A DNA stretch of 64,000 nucleotides from a bacterium (GTDB taxonomy: Bacteria > Calditrichota > Calditrichia > RBG-13-44-9 > J042), in the NCBI GenBank assembly GCA_015485355.1, contig WFTQ01000084.1, positions 10,104-74,103 on the forward strand, given 5' to 3'. Shown here piece by piece: positions 19,183-29,360 of this stretch (position 1 is its first letter; each line of letters opens with the position of its first letter). The notes beneath the pieces were generated by a model that was not told the DNA's origin, made no database searches, and saw nothing but the letters and a program-made list of their open reading frames with translations. A program made the position numbers and the translations under genes.

Positions 19183-21891
19183 ATGAGGCTTTTTCAGGTA
19201 ATGTTACTGGTGTTATGGTCCGCATCGGTGGCGTTTGGTGGTATCATCAAGGGAGTGGTAAAAGATGCCACCACAAACGAGCCACTGATTGGCGCCAATG
19301 TCGTCCTGGTGGGTTCGGCCATGGGCACCATTACCGATGAGGACGGCTTTTTCATCCTGGAAAACGTGCCCGAGGGGAAGTGGCGCATTCAAATCACTTA
19401 CCTGGGCTATATCGATTTTTCCAGGATGATTACCGTGGGGTCCAAGGAAGTGAGCATTGAAGCCCTGTTACAGCCCACTGTTTTCGAAGGACAGGAGATT
19501 GTGGTCGAGGTAAACCGCGCCAAGGAACGGCAGACCCCGGTCACGTTTTCGGAAGTCGACCAGGACGAAATCTTACGGCGTTACGCCACTCAAGACGTCC
19601 CCGACTTGTTACGGGCCATCCCGGGGGTGTTCACCACCACATCGGGATTGGGAGAAGCCGAAATTCGCATTCGCGGATTCGACCCGGAACACATTCAAAT
19701 CATGATCAACGGCGTTCCCGTCAATGATCCCGAATCCCAATGGGTCTATTGGTCGAACTGGACCGGTTTATCCGGAAACGCCGCCTCGATTCAGGTACAG
19801 CGGGGTGTGGGGGCCTCTCTGGTGGGTTCCGGTGCATTCGGGGGTTCGGTCAACATCGTTACCGGACGCTACTCGGCCACCCCCACCTTGACGCTCCGCA
19901 GTTCCGTGGCCGGTTACTGGACCCAAGGGGGGTACCTGGGAACCAATCGCGTTGCCGATGGTCTGGGCGGTTCTCAAACCTACAATCCGTTTAACGAAGC
20001 ATTTTCCATCGATTATATCTCGGGCTTACTGGCCGACGGCAAATTGAATCTGTACCTGCGGTACGAACGCAAGGCCGGGGATTATTACATCGCCAATACG
20101 TACTACAACGGCCATTCCTTCTACCTGGGCCTGCAAAGCATTCTGGGTAATCATGTGATTACTTTTAATGCCCACGGGGCTCCGCAGCGACACAACCAGG
20201 CCCGGAGCATGCAGGACATGAACCTGTTGAAAAAATTAGGCCGGGAGTACAATCGGTACAATCACCCTTACCAGGAAAACTACTACTTCAAACCGCAATT
20301 TGAACTGCATCATGATTGGGCGATCAACGACCGCTCGTTTTTGAAAACCAATGCCTTTTTAACCTTTGGCCGCGGTGGGGGACGTTACCTGAGAAACGAC
20401 TACTTCGATGTCAATACCGGTCAGGTGGGTTTTAAATCGGTCTCTCCGGCCACCGATGCCAAATATTTTGGCCGTCATGCCCGTTTTATTTACGAAATGA
20501 CCGGCCAGGCGCTCACCGGCTACAACCCCACCACCAACGAGTTCATCTACAACGGAGACACCACCACCGTCTCCAAGGCGCGAAATCTGATCAGCAGCAC
20601 CTACGCCCACTCCTGGCGGAACGATTCCCAAAACCGCCACTTCCAATACGGATTCAATACGGCCTATCAAAATAAATTGACCGACGTGGTGACCGTTACC
20701 CTGGGTGGAGAAGCCCGATACTGGAAGGCACGGCATTTTGCTCAGTCTTTCGACTTCCGCATGTATGACGTCAACACGGGATCGGTAAAACGACTGGATG
20801 AGGTTCAGTTGCGTTACGATTACGACGGTATTGTGTTGAATACCTCGGTATTCGGCCGCTTGCTGATCCATCCGATCAAGGACCTGACCATCATGCTTGA
20901 CGGACAATTCGCCCGCTACTCTTCGCGGGTGGAAGAACGGCCCATTCGGGTATTCGATTTCGGTGCCCAGAAATGGACCGACATTTTTTACTATCAAACC
21001 CAGGACCTGAGGGATGAAAACGGCAACCGTATTTACAAGGACAGCGACTACCAGCGCGTCTTCACCTTCTTCATGCCCAAGGCCGGCTTCAATTACAACA
21101 TCACCCAGGAATTTAATGTCTTCGGCAACGTCAGCGTGTCCAAAAAAGAACCCAAAACCGGCGACTGGTACAGCCGTTCCAGAGGACCGGGTGCCAACCA
21201 GCCCCGTGACGATCAGGGCAACATCATTCAGTTGAAACCCGAAAGTTTGACCAACTTTGAAGCCGGAGTGGGTTATTATGGTCGATATCTCATTCTCAAG
21301 GCAAACGCTTACCTGATGAACTTCGAAGATAAAATCGAACGGGTCATCGACCAAGCCGGGGAACTGGTTACCATCAATGCCGGGAAGGCCCGTCACATGG
21401 GTCTGGAACTGGAAGCCCGGTTTCGGTATCGACGATGGGATGGATTGCTTTCCGCCACTTACGCCCGAAACCGCTGGCGAGCCATGAATGTCCAGAAAAT
21501 CTTCGGTATCGACCAGGAAGACGTGGTGAACAAGGTGGTACCCTTTGCTCCGGAACAGATTCTCAACGCCGAACTGGGTTATAACATCAAGAGTTTCCGA
21601 CTGGGACTTTCCACCCTCTTTTGGGATGAATATTATGGAAATTACGATAACACCGCAAAACTGCCTGCTTATCTGGAACTGAACGCCGTGGTGGCCTATC
21701 ACTTCAAGCTGGCCGGTGCGGAAGTGGATATCCGTTTAAACCTGAACAATCTGTTGAACCGGGAAAATTACACCCGTGCTGCATGGACCCGGGATTTCAA
21801 CCGCAATGACAATCTGGCCGGGGTTTACAACATGTATGTGGTTCAGGCACCGTTATTCCATACTTTTCTGACTACTCAGATCACCCTGTAA
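19183..21891 (+). CDS. TonB-dependent receptor with N-terminal carboxypeptidase-like domain
   Basis: Signal peptide; IKGVVKDATTNEPLIGANV..GTITDEDGFF; plug IRIRGFD..INGVPVND..IQVQRG..GGSVNI; barrel with NNLLN motif; RBS AGGAGG. Confidence 0.92.
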   Translation: MRLFQVMLLVLWSASVAFGGIIKGVVKDATTNEPLIGANVVLVGSAMGTITDEDGFFILENVPEGKWRIQITYLGYIDFSRMITVGSKEVSIEALLQPTVFEGQEIVVEVNRAKERQTPVTFSEVDQDEILRRYATQDVPDLLRAIPGVFTTTSGLGEAEIRIRGFDPEHIQIMINGVPVNDPESQWVYWSNWTGLSGNAASIQVQRGVGASLVGSGAFGGSVNIVTGRYSATPTLTLRSSVAGYWTQGGYLGTNRVADGLGGSQTYNPFNEAFSIDYISGLLADGKLNLYLRYERKAGDYYIANTYYNGHSFYLGLQSILGNHVITFNAHGAPQRHNQARSMQDMNLLKKLGREYNRYNHPYQENYYFKPQFELHHDWAINDRSFLKTNAFLTFGRGGGRYLRNDYFDVNTGQVGFKSVSPATDAKYFGRHARFIYEMTGQALTGYNPTTNEFIYNGDTTTVSKARNLISSTYAHSWRNDSQNRHFQYGFNTAYQNKLTDVVTVTLGGEARYWKARHFAQSFDFRMYDVNTGSVKRLDEVQLRYDYDGIVLNTSVFGRLLIHPIKDLTIMLDGQFARYSSRVEERPIRVFDFGAQKWTDIFYYQTQDLRDENGNRIYKDSDYQRVFTFFMPKAGFNYNITQEFNVFGNVSVSKKEPKTGDWYSRSRGPGANQPRDDQGNIIQLKPESLTNFEAGVGYYGRYLILKANAYLMNFEDKIERVIDQAGELVTINAGKARHMGLELEARFRYRRWDGLLSATYARNRWRAMNVQKIFGIDQEDVVNKVVPFAPEQILNAELGYNIKSFRLGLSTLFWDEYYGNYDNTAKLPAYLELNAVVAYHFKLAGAEVDIRLNLNNLLNRENYTRAAWTRDFNRNDNLAGVYNMYVVQAPLFHTFLTTQITL

Positions 21892-21911
21892 TTCTTGCGG
21901 GCTCTATCGGT

Positions 21912-21949
21912 AACAGGCGGGGCTTCCGTGCGGAATCCCCGCCTGTTTT
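21912..21949 (+). terminator. Rho-independent terminator after TonB receptor
   Basis: AACAGGCGGGG...CCCCGCCTGTTTT. Confidence 0.8.
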
Positions 21950-22033
21950 ATTCATTATCAACACATTTTTCTTTCCCCGCCCGATGGAAGATATTAATTT
22001 GTTGTTTCCGGGTGGCAGAGCAATGTACCAACG

Positions 22034-22909
22034 ATGATGGCCAAAGCGTTCCCAATATCTGTCGTTATTCCCACCTACAACCGGGCCGCTGTATTACCCC
22101 GGGCCGTCGAATCGGTCTGCCGGCAGACTCTTCCGCCAAAGGAGATCATTGTTGTGGACGACGGCTCGACCGACGAAACGGCGAAGCTTATCGCAGAAAA
22201 GTTTCCCCATGTCGTGTCCATCCGGCAGAAACATCAAGGGGTCAGCGGTGCCCGCAATCGGGGTATCCGGGCGGCCACAGGCGAATGGATCGCTTTTCTG
22301 GATTCCGATGATGAATGGTTGCCCCGGAAACTGGAAACCCAGGTCCGGGCTTTGCAAGCACATCCCGATTATCGCATCTGTCATACCAATGAAATCTGGA
22401 TTCGCCGGGGCCGACGGGTCAACCCCAAGAAAAAACATCGGAAATACGGCGGCTATATTTTTCGGCACTGCCTGCCCCTGTGTGTCATCTCTCCATCATC
22501 GGTGCTAATCCACCGGGATGTATTTAGGGAACTGGGTCTCTTCGACGAACAGCTTCCTGCCTGTGAGGATTATGACCTGTGGTTGCGCTTTTGCGCTCAT
22601 TATCCCATCCTTTATCTGGAAATGCCCCTGATCATCAAATATGGTGGGCACGAAGATCAGCTTTCCCGACGGTTCTGGGGGATGGACCGTTTCCGAATTT
22701 ATGCCCTGGAGAAGATTATTCAGTCGACGGTTCTATCGGAGGCGGATCGGGCAGCTGCACTGAAGGAACTGCTGCGGAAAATTCAAATCTATCTTCAGGG
22801 GGCCCGGAAGCGACAACGCATCAGGGAAGTGAAACGATACGAAGAAAAACGACGACGATATCTGCTCCTGCTGCAACAGCTTGGGGAAAACGTGGAGTCC
22901 ACTATTTAA
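22034..22909 (+). CDS. Glycosyltransferase family 2
   Basis: SVVIPTYNR, VVDDGSTD, ARNRG, AFLDSDD, EDYDLWLR. Confidence 0.92.
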   Translation: MMAKAFPISVVIPTYNRAAVLPRAVESVCRQTLPPKEIIVVDDGSTDETAKLIAEKFPHVVSIRQKHQGVSGARNRGIRAATGEWIAFLDSDDEWLPRKLETQVRALQAHPDYRICHTNEIWIRRGRRVNPKKKHRKYGGYIFRHCLPLCVISPSSVLIHRDVFRELGLFDEQLPACEDYDLWLRFCAHYPILYLEMPLIIKYGGHEDQLSRRFWGMDRFRIYALEKIIQSTVLSEADRAAALKELLRKIQIYLQGARKRQRIREVKRYEEKRRRYLLLLQQLGENVESTI

Positions 22910-23351
22910 GTTCCCCTTGGGAATCCCCCCGGGGAACTTCCAGCAGGAGCAGCTCCTCCTGGCGCAAGCCCCACAACCCATTTTGCAAGTAAAACACGGT
23001 ACGGCCGATTTCGGCAAACTGGGTGGCAATCAAGCGGGCTCGGTTGCCGTCGGTGCATACCAGTACATAGGTCCTGCCCTCCTCCAGGGGAAATTCTTCC
23101 ACCCGGTCGACCAGTTGCAAAAACGGCCAGTGAAGAACCTGGGGATAGCGCAAAGGGAGTCGGGAACACTCGGGATTCTCTCTTAAATCCACCAGTACCG
23201 GACGATTGGCCTGGACAAACGCCACAAATTCCCGATTCGCCACCGCCTGAATCTTAAAATGCTCCCCTGCGGCGATCCAGTATACCACAATCGTCGTGCC
23301 CAAAAAGAACAAGGTTACCCAGATGTCTCGATTCACCCTTATACCCACCAC
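22902..23351 (-). CDS. Membrane-anchored rhodanese-like domain protein
   Basis: N-terminal TM helix, LVDLRE, VLVCTDGNRA active-site loop, YLQNGL. Confidence 0.7.
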   Translation of the reverse strand: MVGIRVNRDIWVTLFFLGTTIVVYWIAAGEHFKIQAVANREFVAFVQANRPVLVDLRENPECSRLPLRYPQVLHWPFLQLVDRVEEFPLEEGRTYVLVCTDGNRARLIATQFAEIGRTVFYLQNGLWGLRQEELLLLEVPRGDSQGELK

Positions 23352-23757
23352 ACGCTACAATGCCTTGATGTTTGTCCCGAAACGTTTATCCAATCCCCTT
23401 CCCTCACAATCCATTCCGGCAAAGGGAGGATTAAAATAATTGGATGGAGGAAAAAATAAAACTAAAATTTTGGAAGAGGCGGCCTTCCGGAAGGGAATTA
23501 TCCCCGGGGAAAAAAGCGCAGGAAGAATATTTTCCAATAAACCAGCCGAAAGCTTACATGGCGCAACAGGAACACTCGGAAACGATCCCTCAACCCCATT
23601 CCAATCCCCCTGTTTTTTCCATACACCTTTCCATTACCATCGGAGTACCGACTGCAGGGTTTAGAAGAAAGAGGGGAATTTTATTATCCGGGAATCGGGT
23701 TCAGAGATTTCGCTTTATAAAACCGTGGCGGGCGAAAGGGATTTTAAAGTGCCCCCC

Positions 23758-24717
23758 TCACCATTCCTTTTTCACCCGCTTGGCCAGGGGATGTTTGGGG
23801 AAATGATCCAGAATGAACCGGAACTCTTTACGAGCCTCATCGAGGTTACCTTTGTTCTTTAGACAGACCCCCAGCTGATACCGAGCCTGAACAAAATACG
23901 GATTCACCGATAGGGCTTTCCGGAACTGATAACAGGCCGCGGGATAATCCTCTTTTTCCAGAAAAATTTCCCCCAGCTCGTTTAATGCATAAATGTTCTC
24001 CGGATCGAAGTTCAGCAATCGAGTCAATAATTTCTGAGCTTCTTCCAGTTGTTTTTTCTGGATTAAAATGCTGGCCAGGGTGAGATAGGCCGGTTTAAAC
24101 CGGGGATATTTCTGGATAGATTGCCGGAGCATTTCCACCGCCCGGGGATCGTCCTTTTCTCGATGATAACGAGTGGCCAACAGATAATACTCATATTCGG
24201 GAGCCAACCGGCGGATGCGCTGCCACAAGGCCGCCGCCTTATCAGAATCCCCACCGGCAATACCCGGTGCCATTTCATAATAACTGTATAAGGCAACCAT
24301 GGCATCCACATGCCGGGGGTCCAACTGCAACGCCTTTTCCCAGTATTCCCGCATTTTTCGGGCGCTTTTCAATTTGTTCCAAAAGCCTCCTTGATTGATC
24401 TTCATACTGTAAGCGTTGCCCATGCGAAAGTAAATTTCCGCATTTCGGGGTTCCCGTCGGGCTGCCTTTTCCAACAGAGCCAAGGCTTCGTCGGGACGAA
24501 ACCGTACCAATTGTAAAATGGCCATTTTGATCCAGATGCGAGGCTCATCGGGATGGGCGGCCGCCAGGGTATCCAGAATCGCCTCGGCCTGCGCGTATCG
24601 GTAGGCCTGATACAACGAGTCGATCTGGCGTAACGTTTGCTCCAAGTCCTGCGAAAGGGCATGACCCACCATTCCCACAATCCAGAAAAAGAGAAAAATG
24701 CGCTTTAGCGGTTGCAT
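23758..24717 (-). CDS. Secreted tetratricopeptide repeat protein
   Basis: Signal peptide; repeated TPR signatures (P.NAEIYFRMG, KALQLDP, DPENIYAL); APGIAGGD motif; start placed at ATG 24717 after GGGAG. Confidence 0.85.
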   Translation of the reverse strand: MQPLKRIFLFFWIVGMVGHALSQDLEQTLRQIDSLYQAYRYAQAEAILDTLAAAHPDEPRIWIKMAILQLVRFRPDEALALLEKAARREPRNAEIYFRMGNAYSMKINQGGFWNKLKSARKMREYWEKALQLDPRHVDAMVALYSYYEMAPGIAGGDSDKAAALWQRIRRLAPEYEYYLLATRYHREKDDPRAVEMLRQSIQKYPRFKPAYLTLASILIQKKQLEEAQKLLTRLLNFDPENIYALNELGEIFLEKEDYPAACYQFRKALSVNPYFVQARYQLGVCLKNKGNLDEARKEFRFILDHFPKHPLAKRVKKEW

Positions 24718-24816
24718 TTCACAAACTCCCATTTTTAATTGATTATCATAAATAGAACACACGGTAAAGGCAATGGTTTGTTTTAATTTTCTTTCCCACA
24801 CCGTAACGATGGAACC

Positions 24817-25674
24817 ATGGGCACGGGCATATTCATGACTTCCATGGCAGAGGGAAAAGAGCGCTCCGGCGTTCCAGAACATTCGATACTGGCACTGATT
24901 CGAGCCCGGGGATTTCAATTGTCTCGCTGGAATCACCCCCGAGAAATGGAATCCTTCATGGCCGATAAATCAGAGGACGCCGATGCGTTCTATCGTTTTA
25001 TGCATCGATATTCCCACCGATTGATACTCCACGATTTATTTCGCCTGAAGCCCCGCTGCCAACGGCAGGAATTGACCCACTATGTTTCCCGGGAAAGCCT
25101 GTCCCGCATTCTGGCCCGGCTGGAAACGTTTGGTCTGATTACCTGCCACAGCGACGGTGGGGTATCCATTCACTTTCCCCGGGAATGGAGCGTCGGGTGG
25201 CTCCTGGAATGGTATCTCGCCAGTTTGCTCGACAACGAATTTGCCAGCCCGGCCATTTTCAACGTGGGCCTATTGGGCACCGAAACGGGGGGCGATTTCG
25301 ATGTTCTGGCCGGTTGGGGAAACCGTTTGCTGTACATCGAAACCAAATCGGCGCCCCCCAAAGGCATCCATAACCCGGAAATCGCCGCCTTTCTGACACG
25401 CATTCATCAATTAAAACCCGACTTGGCCGTTTTTCTCAACGATACCCACTTAAGGGTCAAAGATAAAATCGTATTGATGTTCGAAGAAGAACTTATCCAC
25501 TTGAAAGGCATCGGAAGTTTGAAACAATATCCCGTGGAACGGGTTCAGGAACAGATTTTCCACATCCAGCACGCCCTCTACATCATGAATAGTAAAAGAG
25601 ATATTCGCCAGAATTTACGAATCGTTTTTCATGATCATTTGCAACATCGGGGAGCATTCGGCTGGCTATTTTGA
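24817..25674 (+). CDS. Uncharacterised protein with wHTH-like region and PD-(D/E)xK nuclease-like domain
   Basis: WLLEWY...GGDFDVLA...LLYIETKS matches the E..D..ExK nuclease pattern; exact start uncertain. Confidence 0.6.
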   Translation: MGTGIFMTSMAEGKERSGVPEHSILALIRARGFQLSRWNHPREMESFMADKSEDADAFYRFMHRYSHRLILHDLFRLKPRCQRQELTHYVSRESLSRILARLETFGLITCHSDGGVSIHFPREWSVGWLLEWYLASLLDNEFASPAIFNVGLLGTETGGDFDVLAGWGNRLLYIETKSAPPKGIHNPEIAAFLTRIHQLKPDLAVFLNDTHLRVKDKIVLMFEEELIHLKGIGSLKQYPVERVQEQIFHIQHALYIMNSKRDIRQNLRIVFHDHLQHRGAFGWLF

Positions 25675-25764
25675 GGAGCGGACGGCGGCGCGATATTTTT
25701 TTTCTTTCGATTGACGGAAGAACTGCTTAAAATAGATCGCCCGAAATCAAATCAAGGAGGTGCC

Positions 25765-25992
25765 ATGGTCAAGAAGGTGTCCATTGAATATTGTTACGAA
25801 TGAAACTACTACCCGCAGGCCGCCAGTTTGGCGGATACGATCAAAAGGGCTCTGGGCGTGGAAGTGGAACTCATCAAATCACGCGGGGGCGTGTTTGAAG
25901 TCCAGGCAGACGGGGAATTGATTTTCTCCAAGAAAAAAACGCATCGTTTTCCGGAACCCGAGGAAATCCTCCACGCACTGCGCCAACGATAA
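25765..25992 (+). CDS. SelT/SelW/SelH (Rdx) family selenoprotein, UGA at codon 13 (missed by ORF track)
   Basis: RBS AAGGAGG; MVKKVSIEYCYE-U-NYYPQAASLADTIKRALGVEVELIKSRGGVFEVQADGELIFSKKKTHRFPEPEEILHALRQR*; CxxU, GxFEV and RFP motifs. Confidence 0.92.
25820..25834 (+). promoter_or_regulatory. Bacterial SECIS-like hairpin
   Basis: CCGCCA-GTT-TGGCGG stem-loop starting 16 nt after the in-frame TGA (25801-25803), with G leading the apical loop. Confidence 0.7.
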
Positions 25993-26144
25993 GGTTTTTT
26001 ACAAGAGGCTTGCCCGGCACGCTTTTCATGGTCGGGCGGGCCTGTGAGTGTTCATGCCCTGAGGACGGCATCACCCTTTCCAATTTCGGTTACCGACGTT
26101 TATATTAATGCTTTCGGGGAAAAGAGCAAAGGCAGGAATGGGTT

Positions 26145-27500
26145 ATGAGCACCCAGCTGCGACGGATGTATTTTCTTTTAAAATTCATGCGCATCACACT
26201 GCCTGCGCTAACGGTGTTGAGTATGCTGGCCATGATTCTTATCGACCAACCGTGGGCAAACTGGGTATACGCTGTGGCACTGGCAGGTTCCGTCGGCATG
26301 TTTACCAATACCATTGCCATTAAAATGCTTTTTCATCCCCTGCATCCCACGCCCCTGAATCGACAGGGCGTTATCCCCCGCAACAAGGAACGCATCGCCC
26401 ACGGGCTCAGCATTGCCATCGAAAACAATGTGTTAAATCCCGACCAGATTCTGGACTACATCGAACATTATCAGCTCATCGACCAGGGATTGATAAAAGC
26501 CGACCGATATTTAGAACAATACCTGCGCGTACCTCAGAACCGAGAACGCTTGATCTCTAAGATCATTGAGTTATCCGAAAAGATATTGCCCGAGTTGATG
26601 GATAAATCCCTGACCTGGGCGGCCTCCCGGGCCCGAGAATTCGCCGCTCAACAAGAAATCCTGGACCAGCTTCACCGGGCTGTGGTGGAAGGACTGACCC
26701 GCTATCTGGACAAGCCGGACAATCGGCAACACATTTACGTCACCGTACACCAGTTACTGAAGAACAACCTACCCGCATTCGCCGAGTTGCTGTATCAATT
26801 TCTGGAAAAATATCAGAAGAACCTGTCGGGCATTCGGAAATATTTAACCCGTCTGGCTTCTCTGGCCATGGAAGTCAATCCGGAACGCATTCGGGAAGTG
26901 CTGGAAGAGATGCTGGAAAACCCGGATACCCGTCAGCAGCTGATCGACTTCATCGACCAGGGCATCAACCGGTTTTATGAATACCTGGAAGCACCCGACG
27001 TCAGGGAACGCATTTCTGAATATTTGCATCGTTTTCTGGTCTGGTTCGAAGAGCAGGGCGTGCCGGCGGTCATGCCGCACATGCTGACCTTTCTCAACAA
27101 CTATTTAAAGCGTCCGGAAAGCTGGGAATCCATTAACACCCTACTGGACGGTCTAACCACGTTCTTAAGAGAGCGGGCCCGACTGTTTTTTCAGCGTCCG
27201 GAACAGAAAGCGGCGATTAAAATGTTTATCCGACGATTGATTGTGGAATTGAACATCCGGCAAATTATTCAGCGCAATCTGGAGGGCCTGCCGATGGACA
27301 AATTTGAGGGCGTGATCATGCAGGCTACCGGCGAACATCTGGCCTGGCTGGAAATTCTGGGAGGCATTCTGGGAGCCATCGCCGGGTTAAGTTTTATCCA
27401 TTGGGAATTGATCTTTGTGCTACCGGCATTGATTCTGACCATCCTGATGATCGAGAAGGGCTTGACCGTGCTTCAAAAATCTCCCCCAACTTCGGCCTGA
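26145..27500 (+). CDS. DUF445 family membrane-anchored protein
   Basis: GMFTNTIAIKMLFHP..QGVIPRNKERIA and C-terminal LAWLEILGGILG motifs flanking a helical region. Confidence 0.85.
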   Translation: MSTQLRRMYFLLKFMRITLPALTVLSMLAMILIDQPWANWVYAVALAGSVGMFTNTIAIKMLFHPLHPTPLNRQGVIPRNKERIAHGLSIAIENNVLNPDQILDYIEHYQLIDQGLIKADRYLEQYLRVPQNRERLISKIIELSEKILPELMDKSLTWAASRAREFAAQQEILDQLHRAVVEGLTRYLDKPDNRQHIYVTVHQLLKNNLPAFAELLYQFLEKYQKNLSGIRKYLTRLASLAMEVNPERIREVLEEMLENPDTRQQLIDFIDQGINRFYEYLEAPDVRERISEYLHRFLVWFEEQGVPAVMPHMLTFLNNYLKRPESWESINTLLDGLTTFLRERARLFFQRPEQKAAIKMFIRRLIVELNIRQIIQRNLEGLPMDKFEGVIMQATGEHLAWLEILGGILGAIAGLSFIHWELIFVLPALILTILMIEKGLTVLQKSPPTSA

Positions 27501-27503
27501 CCG

Positions 27504-29012
27504 CTACCGACCGCTTACAGGAAATTTCCGGGAGACTTCCGGCCCGTGGGTCTCATGGTCCCGGGCCAAATCTTCCAGGGCAGCCTGCAATGCATTGCGA
27601 AATGCTGCGGGACGAAACAGCGATACCCCCCGTTTGGCTCCCTCATTCAACATGTGAGCCAGCTGGTTTACCCGATGAAAGCGCTCGTACGCTTCCCGGG
27701 TGCGGAAAAGGGGGCCGATAGTCTTATTGGTTAACAGGGGATCGGCCTGGGATGGAAAATACCCATTCTCCACAGCCCTTTGATAGTCCACCGTCCCGGG
27801 AATGGGAGAAAAGGCCGCCAGGCGAATCAACACTCCCAGGCTATGGGCATAGAGCATGGTTTCCACAACCTCTTCGATCGATTGGGAGGGCAACCCCATC
27901 ATGATGTAGGTTTCTATATCCTTGGGTTGGTAACCCGCTTTGATCAGGTTTTGCACGGCGCGGGTCATCTCTCCGGGGGTAATTTTGTTGTGGATATCCC
28001 GGCGCCGTTCTCCGGCCACCGATTCCAGGCTGATGCGAATGGTGCGAAAATGGTTCGCATACAACAAATACGCCATCTCCTCATCAATAAAGCGCCCATG
28101 CAAGCCGTTGGGCGTATGAAAGCGCAGGCGATGGCGGTGACGCAATAATTCCCATAAAATCGGCTTGATGCGCCGTTCCGGTTGCATCAGCAGGGCATCG
28201 TCGTAAAAGGCCACGTCACGGACTCGGAACCGACGGGTCTGGGTCAGAATCTCTTCCACCACTTTATCCGGACGCCGCTGGGTAAACCGGCTATCAATCG
28301 TGTAGGTGGCACAAAAAGTGCACCGAAAAGGACACCCCCGGGAGGTCATCACGACCAGATAGTCCAGCTTGCGGTACAGATCGAATGCGGGATAGGGATA
28401 ATCGTCGATATCTTCCGGAGGGGATTCCGCCAGCGAGGGACAGTGAAGCCAGTCGGCCAGCAATTGAGCCACCGGCACCTCTCCGGGTCCCTGTATCAGG
28501 GCATCGGGTTGAATGACCCGGCGGGCATGATCGGGCATCAGGGTGGCATAGATTCCACCCAGGATCACAGGCACGCCCGGAAATACCTGGCGAACCATTT
28601 CGACGACCCGACGCGGGCCGGGATACCAATAGGTCATAAACGAGGTGACCAGAACGGCGTCTGGAGTCCCGCAACGCTGGAGCTCCCGGCGAAAAATATC
28701 TTCCGGAAGTCCATACCGGGCATATCGGCGAGGAATAAACGCCACCGGCGTCGGGGTGGGCACAACCTCCCGATGCCAAGGCCCGGTACCATATTTCCGA
28801 ATCTTCGGTCTTTCTCGACCCTGCCGCTGCAGCAACTCCGGATGGTACTTATCCAGACAATCGATAAAATCAACCCGAGCACCGCGGGCCCTTAAATAAG
28901 CCGCAATATACAACAATCCAATCGGTTTACTGAAATAATCATAAGCACTGAAATCGTAAATCCAGGGATTGATGCATAATACACGGGGTCTATCCATCGG
29001 CTTCCTGCTCAT
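27504..29012 (-). CDS. Cobalamin-binding radical SAM protein
   Basis: PIGLLYIAAYL, VILGGIYAT (B12-binding domain); TSRGCPFRCTFC CxxxCxxC. Confidence 0.9.
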   Translation of the reverse strand: MSRKPMDRPRVLCINPWIYDFSAYDYFSKPIGLLYIAAYLRARGARVDFIDCLDKYHPELLQRQGRERPKIRKYGTGPWHREVVPTPTPVAFIPRRYARYGLPEDIFRRELQRCGTPDAVLVTSFMTYWYPGPRRVVEMVRQVFPGVPVILGGIYATLMPDHARRVIQPDALIQGPGEVPVAQLLADWLHCPSLAESPPEDIDDYPYPAFDLYRKLDYLVVMTSRGCPFRCTFCATYTIDSRFTQRRPDKVVEEILTQTRRFRVRDVAFYDDALLMQPERRIKPILWELLRHRHRLRFHTPNGLHGRFIDEEMAYLLYANHFRTIRISLESVAGERRRDIHNKITPGEMTRAVQNLIKAGYQPKDIETYIMMGLPSQSIEEVVETMLYAHSLGVLIRLAAFSPIPGTVDYQRAVENGYFPSQADPLLTNKTIGPLFRTREAYERFHRVNQLAHMLNEGAKRGVSLFRPAAFRNALQAALEDLARDHETHGPEVSRKFPVSGR

Positions 29013-29360
29013 CGTTTATCACCCAGGCAATTTAGCCGCATCAAACGCGAAAATGCAATGCGAAATTCCCGCCGTATCGACAACTCGCCCATCTTTTTCA
29101 GTTGCGGTAAACGTCCACCGGATACCCCGGTGGGTTTAAACCGTAGGGGAAAGGGGGTTCACCGCGGCATTCAGCCACCTTTCGCTATCTTTTCTCTTCC
29201 TCTTGATTTTTCCGGAATGGGTTGGGAAGCTGCAACATCCCGAGCGAGGCCACCGGGTCCCCCCAAGCGGTTTGATTCGCCCCCATTCTGAGCCGGGGAT
29301 AAAGGATTATCAAAAAATTCCGACATTTTAACCTGCGGCAAAACGATAACGGCAGGCGGC

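Noticed and set aside
29100..29360. Hairpins upstream of purU as a ZTP or THF riboswitch
   Set aside because: Only a generic CCACCGG/CCGGTGG stem; the conserved ZTP (GACUGGCG...GCCUGGGC) and THF elements are not seen
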